Assembly: GCA_036298925.1 (NCBI GenBank)
Contig: JAXJIC010000027.1
Coordinates: 18,153-82,152, forward strand
DNA length: 64,000 bases
Source: Collinsella aerofaciens
Lineage (GTDB): Bacteria > Actinomycetota > Coriobacteriia > Coriobacteriales > Coriobacteriaceae
Reading direction: 5' to 3'
In this document: in pieces, positions 8,668 through 17,533 of the stretch
Layout: each line of letters begins with the position of its first letter
How positions within the stretch are numbered: position 1 is the first letter of the stretch
Notes under the pieces: generated by a model
Databases searched by the model: none
What the model saw: only the letters and a program-made list of their open reading frames with translations
What the model was told of the DNA's origin: nothing
Program-made: the position numbers and the translations under genes

Positions 8668-9165
8668 TCATTGGGGACGTTCTTGAATGACTAGTTGGAT
8701 GGGGTCGGAGTCGGAGCTGGGGAGATAGCGGATTTCTAGCTCTATGCCGAGCTCTTGCAGTTCTTTGAGGGCAGCGACGTCTACGTCGCTCACGGCAACC
8801 GCGGGCGTTATGGGGCGCTTGCCCTCCCCTGCTTGCATGTGACCAATGCTGATCTTGGTGATGGGCACGCCACCCTTCACCAGCGCCAATGCATCCGCGG
8901 GCGATGCCACCATAATCAGGATCCATTGGCGCGGCGTCGCGGTGTGAATGATGTCGATGGTCCTTTGCACCGAGAAAAACCGTGTCCACACGCCTTCTGG
9001 CGCCGCGACCCTCATAGGCGCCCACTTGCGCGAATCCGCCGCAATTTCGTCGTTAACGATCAGGATGAGGTTGGAACCAACCGCCTCATTCCACAGCTCA
9101 ACGTCTTGCCCGTAAATAAACCGATCATCGATGCGCGTGAGAAGAATCTTGGGTTGAATCATCAC
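8668..9165 (-). CDS. Orphan PTS mannose/sorbose-family EIIB paralogue with His-to-Tyr at the phosphorylation site
   Basis: 165 aa, collinear with the operon EIIB at 18414-18896. It reads ILLTRIDDRFIYGQDVELW where the canonical copy reads ILLTRIDNRLVHGQVATQW. The TAC codon is the reverse complement of 9112-9114. Confidence 0.8.
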   Translation of the reverse strand: MMIQPKILLTRIDDRFIYGQDVELWNEAVGSNLILIVNDEIAADSRKWAPMRVAAPEGVWTRFFSVQRTIDIIHTATPRQWILIMVASPADALALVKGGVPITKISIGHMQAGEGKRPITPAVAVSDVDVAALKELQELGIELEIRYLPSSDSDPIQLVIQERPQ

Positions 9166-9319
9166 TGCCCCATTCTGCTTGAGACCCGTAAGAGCAAGAC
9201 ATCACGTCTCCAATATTAGTGCATTTAAAGTGAGAAAAGCCGTCAGAACACTTGCGCGGATGTGCGATGTCCCGTATCATAGACAGCCGTTGACGCCTCA
9301 GTTGCGTCACCACATGGCC

Positions 9320-9395
9320 GCCAGCGTAGCTCAGTTGGTAGAGCACCGCTCTCGTAAAGCGGGGGTCACCGGTTCGAGCCCGGTCGCTGGCTCCA
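9320..9395 (+). tRNA. tRNA-Thr (anticodon CGU), CCA encoded
   Basis: Hand-folded 76-nt cloverleaf: acceptor GCCAGCG/CGCTGGC, D arm GCTC/GAGC, anticodon stem CCGCT/AGCGG with loop CTCGTAA, T arm ACCGG-TTCGAGC-CCGGT, discriminator T, then CCA. Confidence 0.9.
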
Positions 9396-9406
9396 TTGCA
9401 CAAGAT

Positions 9407-9429
9407 AGCCGCCTTCGGGCGGCTTTTTT
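9407..9429 (+). terminator. Terminator after tRNA-Thr
   Basis: AGCCGCC-TTCG-GGCGGCT followed by TTTTTT. Confidence 0.8.
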
Positions 9430-9601
9430 CTTGCCGATTTATCGCACAATGCCAATCCAAGCACAACGCCGCCGGCAACTCCCCTACTCAACAAAAAGCC
9501 CCGCCAGCCGCAATCCCCAAAGGAACCGCGATCAGCGGGGCCTAAGCGCGCTCCTCCAAAGGAAAACGCTCACAACACGAACAGCTCAGCCGAGCAGCGC
9601 G

Positions 9602-10075
9602 TTACTCCTCCCAGTAAGCATCTGCAAGTAGCTTAAAGCAGATCTTCTTGACCGGCTGTGCGCCATCGCCCGGGAACTCGAGCGTGGGCATGTGAGGCTC
9701 GCCGGCAACGAACAGCGCGAACTTGTCGTCGGCAAGATCGCCGGCAATCGAGGCGTCTGAATCGACCAGGTCGTAGTCGTCCTTCTCGTCAAACTCCTGG
9801 ACCAGCGTCAGGCTGCCCGTGGCAACCTTAAAGGCCTCGCGACCCTCAATGTCGATCTGCAGGTCGTGATAGCGCTGATGCGTCTCGTAGTGAGCCTCTG
9901 CCTCGGGACGCGTCGTGGGAGCCATGACATTCGCAAAGACCTTGTTGCCCAGAATCGGATGGCTGCCGACCTCGAGCTGCGCCGGGTCGTTCTCCTCGAG
10001 CCAGTCGATCAACACGTCGAGGCCCTTGAGCATTCCGCGGTACTCCTCGATATCGCCCAATGCACCGTAAATCAT
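9602..10075 (-). CDS. YhcH/YjgK/YiaL (EbgC-like, DUF386) family protein
   Basis: 157 aa. MIYGALGDIEEYRG..GSHPILGNKVFANV..HQRYHDLQIDIEGRE matches the family pattern common in amino-sugar and sialic-acid loci. Confidence 0.7.
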   Translation of the reverse strand: MIYGALGDIEEYRGMLKGLDVLIDWLEENDPAQLEVGSHPILGNKVFANVMAPTTRPEAEAHYETHQRYHDLQIDIEGREAFKVATGSLTLVQEFDEKDDYDLVDSDASIAGDLADDKFALFVAGEPHMPTLEFPGDGAQPVKKICFKLLADAYWEE

Positions 10076-10107
10076 CTAAATCCCCTCTCGGATCGCTTCT
10101 TTGGCGG

Positions 10108-10239
10108 CTACTCGGCAAACGCGTTACCGACGCTGTTGCCACCCACATACGTCTCGACCAGGGTAAGGTCGGGATTGAACACGACAACGTCGGCGTCGCG
10201 CCCCGACATAATGCTATCGCACTTGTCGTCGACATGAGC
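10108..10239 (-). pseudogene. 3'-terminal relic (44 codons including the stop) of a nagA-like deacetylase gene
   Basis: The minus strand translates to AHVDDKCDSIMSGRDADVVVFNPDLTLVETYVGGNSVGNAFAE*. The intact NagA C-terminus is AHIEDKCGSIMPGRDADFVVFDHELTLVETYVGGQSVGNAFTE*. DNA is about 104/130 identical to 12966-13095 by hand count. No upstream part of the gene is present. Confidence 0.8.
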
Positions 10240-10272
10240 TAGCAATCGATGCCGGGGCCGACGCCCAAGCCC

Positions 10273-11208
10273 TTACAGCTCGGTCACGACAACGCCGTTG
10301 TAGACCTCGTCCCAACGGTCCATGACCAGATGGCCAGTCATGGGATCCATGGCATTGAGCTTGCCGCAGGTGTTGGCGGTACGCAGCACCGTCTCGTCGT
10401 CTGCGCCAGCAGCAATGGCATGCGCGAAGCCAGCGATAGTGGAGTCACCAGAGCCCGTGGCGTTAACGGCAGGGATATCGGGCGTCTTTGCGCGGAACGC
10501 ACGGCCATTGTGGAAGCCAACGGAGCCGGCAGCGCCCATGGACACGACGACCCAGGGGATATCGGAGAAGCGGGCGTCAGAAGCGAGCGCGGCGCGGAGC
10601 TCGTCCACATCGTCGGTGGTAAAGCTCGTGCCCAGAAGGCCGTTGATCTCGGTCAGGTTAGGCTTGACCAGCTCGGGCTTAATTTCGGACTTAAGGGCGG
10701 CCTCGAGCGAAGCACCTGAGGTATCGAGCAGCACCTTGGCGCCGGCGTTCTCGGCAATGCCCGTGATCTTGGCATAGTAGTCTGCCTCGACACCGCGGGG
10801 CAGCGAACCCGAAATGGTGACGACGTCGGCCTTGCCCGCAAGCTCAGTAAACTTGGCGGTAAAGGCATCGAGTTCCTCGGGGGCAATTGCCGGGCCACTC
10901 TCGAGCAGCTCGGTCTGGTTGCCGGCGTGGAGGATGTTGAGGCAAATGCGAGTCTCGCCCTTGATGGGCACAAAGTCGTTGTTAATACCGTTGGCGTCCA
11001 TGAGCTCAGCCATGTAGGCGCCCATGTGGCCGCCGAGCAGACCGGTTGCCACAACGTCGTCGCCCAGCTGACCCAGCACACGGGCCACGTTGAGGCCCTT
11101 GCCGCCAGCGGTCTTTTCGGGCGTCACACGGTTAACGTCGTCGATAATGAGCTCATCGAGCTGATAGCGCGTATCGACAGACGGGTTCATCGTAACGGTG
11201 AGGATCAT
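10273..11208 (-). CDS. lacC: Tagatose-6-phosphate kinase (PfkB family)
   Basis: 311 aa. MILTVTMNPSVDTRYQLDEL..TAGGKGLNVARVL..GSGDSTIAG is collinear with Lactococcus LacC as recalled from memory. 1-phosphofructokinase cannot be fully excluded. Confidence 0.7.
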   Translation of the reverse strand: MILTVTMNPSVDTRYQLDELIIDDVNRVTPEKTAGGKGLNVARVLGQLGDDVVATGLLGGHMGAYMAELMDANGINNDFVPIKGETRICLNILHAGNQTELLESGPAIAPEELDAFTAKFTELAGKADVVTISGSLPRGVEADYYAKITGIAENAGAKVLLDTSGASLEAALKSEIKPELVKPNLTEINGLLGTSFTTDDVDELRAALASDARFSDIPWVVVSMGAAGSVGFHNGRAFRAKTPDIPAVNATGSGDSTIAGFAHAIAAGADDETVLRTANTCGKLNAMDPMTGHLVMDRWDEVYNGVVVTEL

Positions 11209-11267
11209 TTTTAGCTCCTTATCTCGCAGGCTCCTTGTGCCTCGCGATACGAGTCGACAAAACGGAA

Positions 11268-12149
11268 TTACAGAATCTCAATCGTGAACGAGCGAACGAC
11301 GGTCTCCTTGGGCTTGGCGACAAGGCAGCCGCGCTTATGCTCAAGCACGTCGTCCTCATCGGAGCAGGTCGAAAGGCCGCCCCAGGGCTCAACCGCCACA
11401 AAATCGCCCTCGGGCTTGCTCCACACAATGAGATATGGGAAGCCCTCAAAGCTCAGGCGGACGCCCTTGTCCTCGCCCTTTTTGGAAAGCGTGACCTGAC
11501 GGCTCTCGAGCACGTCAAAGATGGTCTCCGCAAAATCGAAGAGCTCATGTGACAGAGGCAGCGTCTTTCCCACCATGGGGTTCTTGGAGCGATTGGTCAC
11601 GTCAATCAAGCCAGTCGAGGGGACGGCGGTGCAGAGCTCCGCAGCCTCGTCCTTCTCAAAGCGCAACTCGTAGTCCGTATAGGCCTCGCCCTCATCGAGC
11701 GGACACCTAAAGCCGGGATGACCGCCAATAAAGAACGGCATGTCCTCGGTGCCCTCGTTGGTGACCTCATAGGAAACGCGCACGGCAGCGTCCTCGAGCG
11801 TATAGCGGGCGACAAGCTTAAACGGATACGGATAATCGCTCAGCAGCGCGGCGTTATCCTCCGAAGCCAGGCACATCGCCAGCTCGTTCTCGCTCTGGCT
11901 CAGCAGCTTCCACTCCTGTTTGCGCGCAAACCCATGGCGAGCGAGCTTTACATGATGCCCGGCAAACGTCATGGCGTTGTTATCGCGCAAGCCTCCGCAA
12001 ATCGGGAAGCAAATCGGTGCCTGGCCGGACCACACGGCGGGATCGCCCTGCCACAGATACTCGCGACCTCCGGCCTCGATCGAGGTAAACGAACCACCAG
12101 CCGTGGACACCTTAATAGAAATCGAATCGTTGGAGAGAGCGTATTCCAT
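11268..12149 (-). CDS. Aldose 1-epimerase-family protein (LacX-like)
   Basis: Start at ATG 12149 (MEYALSND), preceded by AAAGGA. Mutarotase-like motifs: PICFPICGG, ARHGFAR, FFIGGHPGF. The 45 upstream codons in the ORF track were rejected. Confidence 0.7.
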   Translation of the reverse strand: MEYALSNDSISIKVSTAGGSFTSIEAGGREYLWQGDPAVWSGQAPICFPICGGLRDNNAMTFAGHHVKLARHGFARKQEWKLLSQSENELAMCLASEDNAALLSDYPYPFKLVARYTLEDAAVRVSYEVTNEGTEDMPFFIGGHPGFRCPLDEGEAYTDYELRFEKDEAAELCTAVPSTGLIDVTNRSKNPMVGKTLPLSHELFDFAETIFDVLESRQVTLSKKGEDKGVRLSFEGFPYLIVWSKPEGDFVAVEPWGGLSTCSDEDDVLEHKRGCLVAKPKETVVRSFTIEIL

Positions 12150-12305
12150 TGTCCATCCTTTCGAACAACTGCTTTTTGCTCGCAAGTACCCGTCTCGGCC
12201 CTGACCAAAGGACAAACCCGCACGTTCATCGATGCGTCCGGTATCCCAGCCATGTAACGGGGTACCATACAGACATTGATGCAATTACAGCTGAAAGGCC
12301 TTCTT

Positions 12306-12890
12306 ATGCGAACCATCATCCTCTACGCCTCGCGCCATCACGGCAATACGAAAAAGCTCGTGGACGCCATCGTCGAGGCGCACCCCGAGATCGATACCCT
12401 CGACGTGAAGTCACTCGGCAAAAACGAGTACCCCAACCTGCACGAATATCATCTAATCGGCGTCGCCACGGGCATCTATTACTCCGAGATCGACAAGGAT
12501 ATGGCACGTGTACTGACCAACGTGCTGCAGCCGCAGGACAAGGTGTTTGGCCTTATGACCTACGGTGGCAAAAACAAGTGGTACGGCAAGGATATCGATG
12601 GCATCTGCCGCATGAGGCAGGCCATCTTTATGGGTGTCTACGGCTGCCCCGGCTTTGATACGTGGGGGCCGTTCAAACTCGCCGGCGGTGTCCAAAAGGG
12701 ACACCCGACCGCTGAGGAAATTAAGGGCGCCGTCGACTTCTTCGACAAGATCGAAGATGAGTACGGCGATATCATCGTCGAAGAGTACGCCAAACGTGAG
12801 AAGCGTCTAGCATACGAGAAGGAGCATCCTGCAGGAGGCCTGGTGGCCGGCGTTAAGCGCACGGCAAAGAAGATCGCTAACAAGCTGTAA
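12306..12890 (+). CDS. Flavodoxin-like fold protein
   Basis: MRTIILYASRHHGNTKKLVDAI is the typical N-terminus of flavodoxin-family proteins. Start set at ATG 12306. Confidence 0.6.
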   Translation: MRTIILYASRHHGNTKKLVDAIVEAHPEIDTLDVKSLGKNEYPNLHEYHLIGVATGIYYSEIDKDMARVLTNVLQPQDKVFGLMTYGGKNKWYGKDIDGICRMRQAIFMGVYGCPGFDTWGPFKLAGGVQKGHPTAEEIKGAVDFFDKIEDEYGDIIVEEYAKREKRLAYEKEHPAGGLVAGVKRTAKKIANKL

Positions 12891-12921
12891 CTGTGAAGGT
12901 GCTTTTGAGCGTTTAACCCAT

Positions 12922-12960
12922 ACGGCGGGTCCGAGCAGATTCGGGCCCGCCGTCTTTTTC
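12922..12960 (+). terminator. Terminator after the flavodoxin-like gene
   Basis: ACGGCGGGTCCGA pairs with TCGGGCCCGCCGT (one mismatch), followed by CTTTTTC. Confidence 0.7.
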
Positions 12961-12965
12961 TATCG

Positions 12966-14141
12966 TTACTCGGTAAAGGCGTTGCCGACGCTCTGGCCGC
13001 CAACATACGTCTCGACGAGGGTGAGCTCATGGTCGAACACGACAAAGTCGGCGTCGCGACCCGGCATGATGCTGCCGCACTTATCCTCGATGTGCGCGGA
13101 GCGTGCCGGCACCTCGGTTGCCATGCGAATGGCGATATCGGCGCTGGCGATGCCCCAGTCGACAATGTTCTTGACGCCCTGGGCAAGCGTGAGCACCGAG
13201 CCGGCAATGCTCTTGCCGTCGGCGAGCCAGCACAGGTTGTCCTTCATGATGACGTCCATGCCGCCGCTGGTGTAGCTGCCCTCGGGCATGCCGCCGCAGC
13301 CAAGGCAGTCGGTGATGAGCACCGTGTGCTGCCAGCCCTTTGCCTGCAGCAGCGCCTTGATGGCGGCAGGGTTCACGTGCTTGCCATCACAGATGATCTC
13401 GGCGTAGGTCTCGGGCGTGGACATGGCAGCACCCACGACACCGGGCTCGCGGTGATGCAGCCCGCGCTGGCCGTTATAGGTATGCGTAAAGCAGCTGGCA
13501 CCGGCGTTGATGGCGGCGATGCACTCATCATAGGTGGCGTCGGAGTGACCGATGCTGGTCACCACGCCCTTGGCGTTCAGCGCAGCCGCATAAGCAGCGG
13601 CACCGTCGCGCTCGGCCGCCATGGCGCTCTTAACGATGCGACCACCCGCAGCCTCCTGCCACTGGTCGAAGACCTCCTCAGAGGGGTCAATCAGATAAGC
13701 GGGGTTCTGCGCGCCCACATGCTTCATGGTAAAGAAGGGGCCCTCCAGGTAGATGCCCTGAATGCGTGCACCGCAGAAGTCGGGGCCGCGGCCCTCGTCC
13801 GCCTGAGCGATAGCGGCGCAGGCGTCCTTGATCTGCTCGACGCCATCGGTGAACGTCGTGGGCAGCCAGCTGGTGGTACCGCGACGGGCGAGCTCGGTCG
13901 AGCTGATATCGATGCCCTCGGGATCGTTATCGGTAGTTGAGTGGTTGTAGAAGCCGTGGATGTGAGTATCGACCATACCCGGCGCAATCCACGATCCCGT
14001 GTAGTCCTTAATCTCGCAAGAGGGCTCGTCGGCCTGCCAGGCGCCAAAGACGCCATCCTCGACCATAAGATAGCCGCCCAGTTGCGGGCCAGCCGGCAAG
14101 AAGAACTTGTCAGCCTTAATTGCGTACGTGCTCATATGCAC
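12966..14141 (-). CDS. nagA: N-acetylglucosamine/galactosamine-6-phosphate deacetylase
   Basis: 391 aa amidohydrolase with the metal motif DTHIHGF, plus GHSDATY and a C-terminal PGRDADFVVFD. It is adjacent to agaS. Confidence 0.85.
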   Translation of the reverse strand: MHMSTYAIKADKFFLPAGPQLGGYLMVEDGVFGAWQADEPSCEIKDYTGSWIAPGMVDTHIHGFYNHSTTDNDPEGIDISSTELARRGTTSWLPTTFTDGVEQIKDACAAIAQADEGRGPDFCGARIQGIYLEGPFFTMKHVGAQNPAYLIDPSEEVFDQWQEAAGGRIVKSAMAAERDGAAAYAAALNAKGVVTSIGHSDATYDECIAAINAGASCFTHTYNGQRGLHHREPGVVGAAMSTPETYAEIICDGKHVNPAAIKALLQAKGWQHTVLITDCLGCGGMPEGSYTSGGMDVIMKDNLCWLADGKSIAGSVLTLAQGVKNIVDWGIASADIAIRMATEVPARSAHIEDKCGSIMPGRDADFVVFDHELTLVETYVGGQSVGNAFTE

Positions 14142-14191
14142 TCCTTGCTTCTAAAGCAGTTGACTGTGGTGATGCTTATACCCAGCACACG

Positions 14192-14236
14192 TAAAACAAA
14201 AAGCGCCCGCCCGCCGTTATGAGCGGACGGGCGCCC
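14192..14236 (-). terminator. Terminator between agaS and nagA
   Basis: On the minus strand GCGCCCGTCCGC pairs with GCGGGCGGGCGC, followed by TTTTTGTTTT. Confidence 0.65.
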
Positions 14237-14252
14237 TTACAGGGGGACGCGA

Positions 14253-15419
14253 TTAAGCGGTGAAGGGGTGAATCGTCACGCCCTTAACCACGCGGTTGAC
14301 CGTGCCGGTGGGGCTCGGCGTATCGGGCGTGTTGCCCACGCGGACGGAGTTGAGCAGGCTGATAGCCTGGGCAAACATCACGAACGGCAGAGCAAGGTAG
14401 CCCTCGGGAAGTGCCTCGTAGCCCTTAAAGGTGAAGGACTCACCCTCATAGACGGTGGCACCTTCCTGCTGAACGGCGACGGTGTGCTGAGCGATCTTGT
14501 CACCACCGATCTCGTTGAGGATGTCGATATCGTACTGACGGGTGTAGGCGTCGTTGTTGACGAACACGAAGACGAGCGTCTTATCGTCGACGAAGGACTT
14601 GGGTCCGTGACGATAGCCCATGGAAGTGTCGTAAGAAGTGGCAACCAGGCCGTGAGCAAGCTCGAGAATCTTAAGCTGGCTCTCCTGAGCAAGGCCGCCA
14701 AAGGAGCCGGAGCCCAGGTAGGTCACGCGGTTGAAGTCGCCAGCGAGGTAATCGGCGACCTCGGACTCGCGAGCGATAACCTCCTCGCCCATCTTGGCGA
14801 TGGTCTCGACCCACTCGGCCTTCTGCTCGTCAGAGGCAGTGTCGAAAATAAGGGTGGAGAGCAGGGTCATGCAGGAATAAGAACCGGTCATGGCGAAGCC
14901 CTTGTCGTTGGCGCGCGGAATGAGCAGCGTCAGCGCATTGGGATCATCGGCAGACTCGACGGCGAGCTTGCCCTCGGGAGCGCAGGTGATGTTGAGGAAC
15001 TTGACGTTGTGGACGAGCTCCTTGGCAACGGCAACGGCGGCAAGGCTCTCGGGGCTGTTGCCAGAGCGGGCAAAGGAAACCACGAGCGTGGGATCCTCGG
15101 CGCGCAGGAAGTCGCGCGGAGCGCTCACGATGTCGGTCGTGGCGATGGGCTTAAAGTCGTAGAGATCAGTGTTGCCAGCGTGACGCAGGTACGGGGCGCA
15201 GGTATCGCCAACGTAGTCGGACGTACCGGCACCGGTGAAGACAACGGACAGACGACCCTCGCCCATAGCGCGAGCCTCGGCCAGGAAGGCCTCGATGGCC
15301 TCCTTGTTCTCGCGATAGATGTTGAGCGTATCACGCCAAAGCTCGGGCTGCTGAGCAATCTCGGCCGTGGTGATCTGGGCGCCGAGCTCGGTGAGCTCCT
15401 CGACACTCTTCTCGAACAT
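14253..15419 (-). CDS. agaS: SIS-domain galactosamine/tagatose-6-phosphate deaminase-isomerase
   Basis: 388 aa double-SIS protein. AEIAQQPELW..VVFTGAGTSDYVGD and the length fit AgaS. Confidence 0.8.
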   Translation of the reverse strand: MFEKSVEELTELGAQITTAEIAQQPELWRDTLNIYRENKEAIEAFLAEARAMGEGRLSVVFTGAGTSDYVGDTCAPYLRHAGNTDLYDFKPIATTDIVSAPRDFLRAEDPTLVVSFARSGNSPESLAAVAVAKELVHNVKFLNITCAPEGKLAVESADDPNALTLLIPRANDKGFAMTGSYSCMTLLSTLIFDTASDEQKAEWVETIAKMGEEVIARESEVADYLAGDFNRVTYLGSGSFGGLAQESQLKILELAHGLVATSYDTSMGYRHGPKSFVDDKTLVFVFVNNDAYTRQYDIDILNEIGGDKIAQHTVAVQQEGATVYEGESFTFKGYEALPEGYLALPFVMFAQAISLLNSVRVGNTPDTPSPTGTVNRVVKGVTIHPFTA

Positions 15420-15480
15420 TTCTAATACCTCTCTCTAGAAGTAATCCTCTGACGTGCAATTATACACTTCGGTTGGTTAT

Positions 15481-15493
15481 CTGGTAGTAACCA
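15481..15493. promoter_or_regulatory. Putative GntR/HutC operator CTGGTAGTAACCA(G)
   Basis: Palindromic arms CTGGT/ACCAG. The identical 13-mer recurs at 19774-19786. It lies about 60 nt upstream of agaS. Confidence 0.5.
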
Positions 15494-15533
15494 GTTAAAT
15501 GCAAAGAATCATCATATGGAAACGATGCGGACA

Positions 15534-16265
15534 CTAGTTGCTACGCTGGTGGTAAACCTTGTATTTAAACTGATCGGCACGAGCAACCGAGAGTGTATAC
15601 TCCACAACCTCGTTTGACTCGTTATACGTAGTCCTGACCAAATCGAGCACAGGCGAGCCCTCGACAATTCCCAAAAGGTGGGCGTCGGTGGGACGGGCTA
15701 TGCTCGCATAGAACTCCTCTTCGGCCACGCGAATCTTTTGCTGAAAGTCTTGCTCAATCACATCGTAAAGCGGCTTACGCTCCAGCAGTGGTCGCTTTAG
15801 GGACAGAAATTGACGAACTGGTAGATAGCTGCGTTCGACCATCATGGGCATGTTGTCGGCAGAACGAAGGCGCTTAAGCTTAAAAATGCGATCACCGATA
15901 CGCAATCCCATATGCTCGGCCAGATTTTTATCGGCCTCCATCTCGCAAAACTCGAGAATCGTGGTCTCGGGGTCGCGACCCATCGCGCGCATCTGCTCGG
16001 TAAAGCTGTAGGACTGCATGAGATTGGTTGCCTTTGCCGAACGGTCGGTCACAAAGGTACCGCGACCGTGCTGCCGAACCACCAGTCCTAAACGCTCCAG
16101 TTCCTGCAGAGCCAGGCGTACCGTAGTGCGCGAGAGACCATAGCGCTCCGAAAGTTCGCGCTCGGAAGGAATCATGTCACCGGCGCGATATTCATGGTCA
16201 ATCTTTTCGGTCAGAATATCGACCAGCTGATCGTACAGCGGTTGCTTACGCGCTCCGATCGCCAT
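15534..16265 (-). CDS. GntR/HutC-family regulator with a UTRA domain (AgaR/NagR-like)
   Basis: 243 aa with HTH PSERELSERYGLSRTTVRLALQELERLGLV and a UTRA-type C-terminal domain. Confidence 0.85.
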   Translation of the reverse strand: MAIGARKQPLYDQLVDILTEKIDHEYRAGDMIPSERELSERYGLSRTTVRLALQELERLGLVVRQHGRGTFVTDRSAKATNLMQSYSFTEQMRAMGRDPETTILEFCEMEADKNLAEHMGLRIGDRIFKLKRLRSADNMPMMVERSYLPVRQFLSLKRPLLERKPLYDVIEQDFQQKIRVAEEEFYASIARPTDAHLLGIVEGSPVLDLVRTTYNESNEVVEYTLSVARADQFKYKVYHQRSN

Positions 16266-16344
16266 CCTATCCTCCCTTTTGCTCGAATTCGGCTAACTAC
16301 CTAGGGTGTTTAGCATTATCTGTCTGCCACACCCGAATCATCAA

Positions 16345-16384
16345 GAAAACAAAAGCCGCGCGCTCTTTCGAGCACGCGGCTTTT
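16345..16384 (-). terminator. Terminator after the PTS operon (bidirectional shape)
   Basis: GCCGCGCGCTC-TTTC-GAGCACGCGGC with T-runs on both strands. Confidence 0.7.
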
Positions 16385-16450
16385 AACATACACATGGCTT
16401 AAGGGGTCGGGGTGTGAGCCGCGTAGGGACACACCCCTCAAGCTAGAGCC

Positions 16451-17533
16451 TTACCAGATGCTCGGCCAGAGACCAAGCGGGCCAGCGCCCAGGATGCCAA
16501 GGACGAAGAGCAGGAGAATGCCCTTGGTCGGGGTCCAGCTGTGCTTAGCGAACATGTAGTAAAGCAGCAGCGTAAGCATAAGCGGGACGAGCTTCGGGAC
16601 GATGGTGTTGAGGGTGTCGGCAACAGAGAAGTTGACCGGATCCTCGGTAACGGTGCCGTAGGTAACGGACTCCATGCCGTTGCCCAGATCGGTGACGCCG
16701 CACTCGACAGCGTTGCCGTCGGCATCGGAAGCGGTAAGGGCGTTGCCGTCCTCATCGGTCATGGCGATGGTACCGGCCTCAGCGGTCTCGGTATCGATGC
16801 CCTCCATACCGGTGAAGTTCTCGGCCTCCTTCTCGGAGACGATCACGGTAGTGGCGGAGAGGCCACGGGTGGTGCCGTTGGGGATCTCGAGGTTGATCTG
16901 GGTGCCACCCATGGTGACGACCAGGCAACCGACGACGAAGACGCCCATGATGGAAGCGGCACGCGTGAAGGCCTGCATGTTAGCAGTCAGAGCGTCAATA
17001 GCGCTGGTGCCGAGCTTGTAGGACCAATTCATGAGCCAGAAGCGCAGAGCGAACTGGACGACGTTGAAGATCACCAGGAAGATGATCGGCGCAGCGGCGT
17101 TGCCGTTGATGGCCATGTTGGAGGTGATGCCGGCCGTGATAGGCACGAGCGTCAGCCAGAACAGGGCGTCACCGATACCACCGAGCGGGCCCATTGCGGC
17201 GACGCGGACGGCGCGGATCGTGGGGATGTCAACCTTGTTCTGCTCGAGCGAAAGCACGATACCCATAACAAAGGTGACGAGGAACGGGTGGGTGTTGAAG
17301 AACTCCAGGTTGTGGCTCATGGAAGCCGCGAGGTCGTTCTTGTTGGTGTGGATCTTCTCCAGACCGGGGATGATGGAGTAGAGCCAGCCAGCGGCCTGCA
17401 TACGCTCGTAGTTGAACGAGGCCTGCAGGAAGCAGGAGCGCCAAGCCATCTTGTTGAGGGTCTTCTGGTCGAGCTGCGGAGCAGGAGTGAGATCCTCGTA
17501 GTGCTCCGGGATCACATACTCATTAGATGCCAT
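16451..17533 (-). CDS. PTS mannose/GalNAc-family EIID with an enlarged extracytoplasmic loop
   Basis: Start at ATG 17533 (MASNEYV) overlaps the EIIC stop by 11 nt. EIID motifs: WRSCFLQASFNYERMQAAGW and GPLGGIGD. 360 aa, including an extra acidic segment at 16592-16888. Confidence 0.85.
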   Translation of the reverse strand: MASNEYVIPEHYEDLTPAPQLDQKTLNKMAWRSCFLQASFNYERMQAAGWLYSIIPGLEKIHTNKNDLAASMSHNLEFFNTHPFLVTFVMGIVLSLEQNKVDIPTIRAVRVAAMGPLGGIGDALFWLTLVPITAGITSNMAINGNAAAPIIFLVIFNVVQFALRFWLMNWSYKLGTSAIDALTANMQAFTRAASIMGVFVVGCLVVTMGGTQINLEIPNGTTRGLSATTVIVSEKEAENFTGMEGIDTETAEAGTIAMTDEDGNALTASDADGNAVECGVTDLGNGMESVTYGTVTEDPVNFSVADTLNTIVPKLVPLMLTLLLYYMFAKHSWTPTKGILLLFVLGILGAGPLGLWPSIW

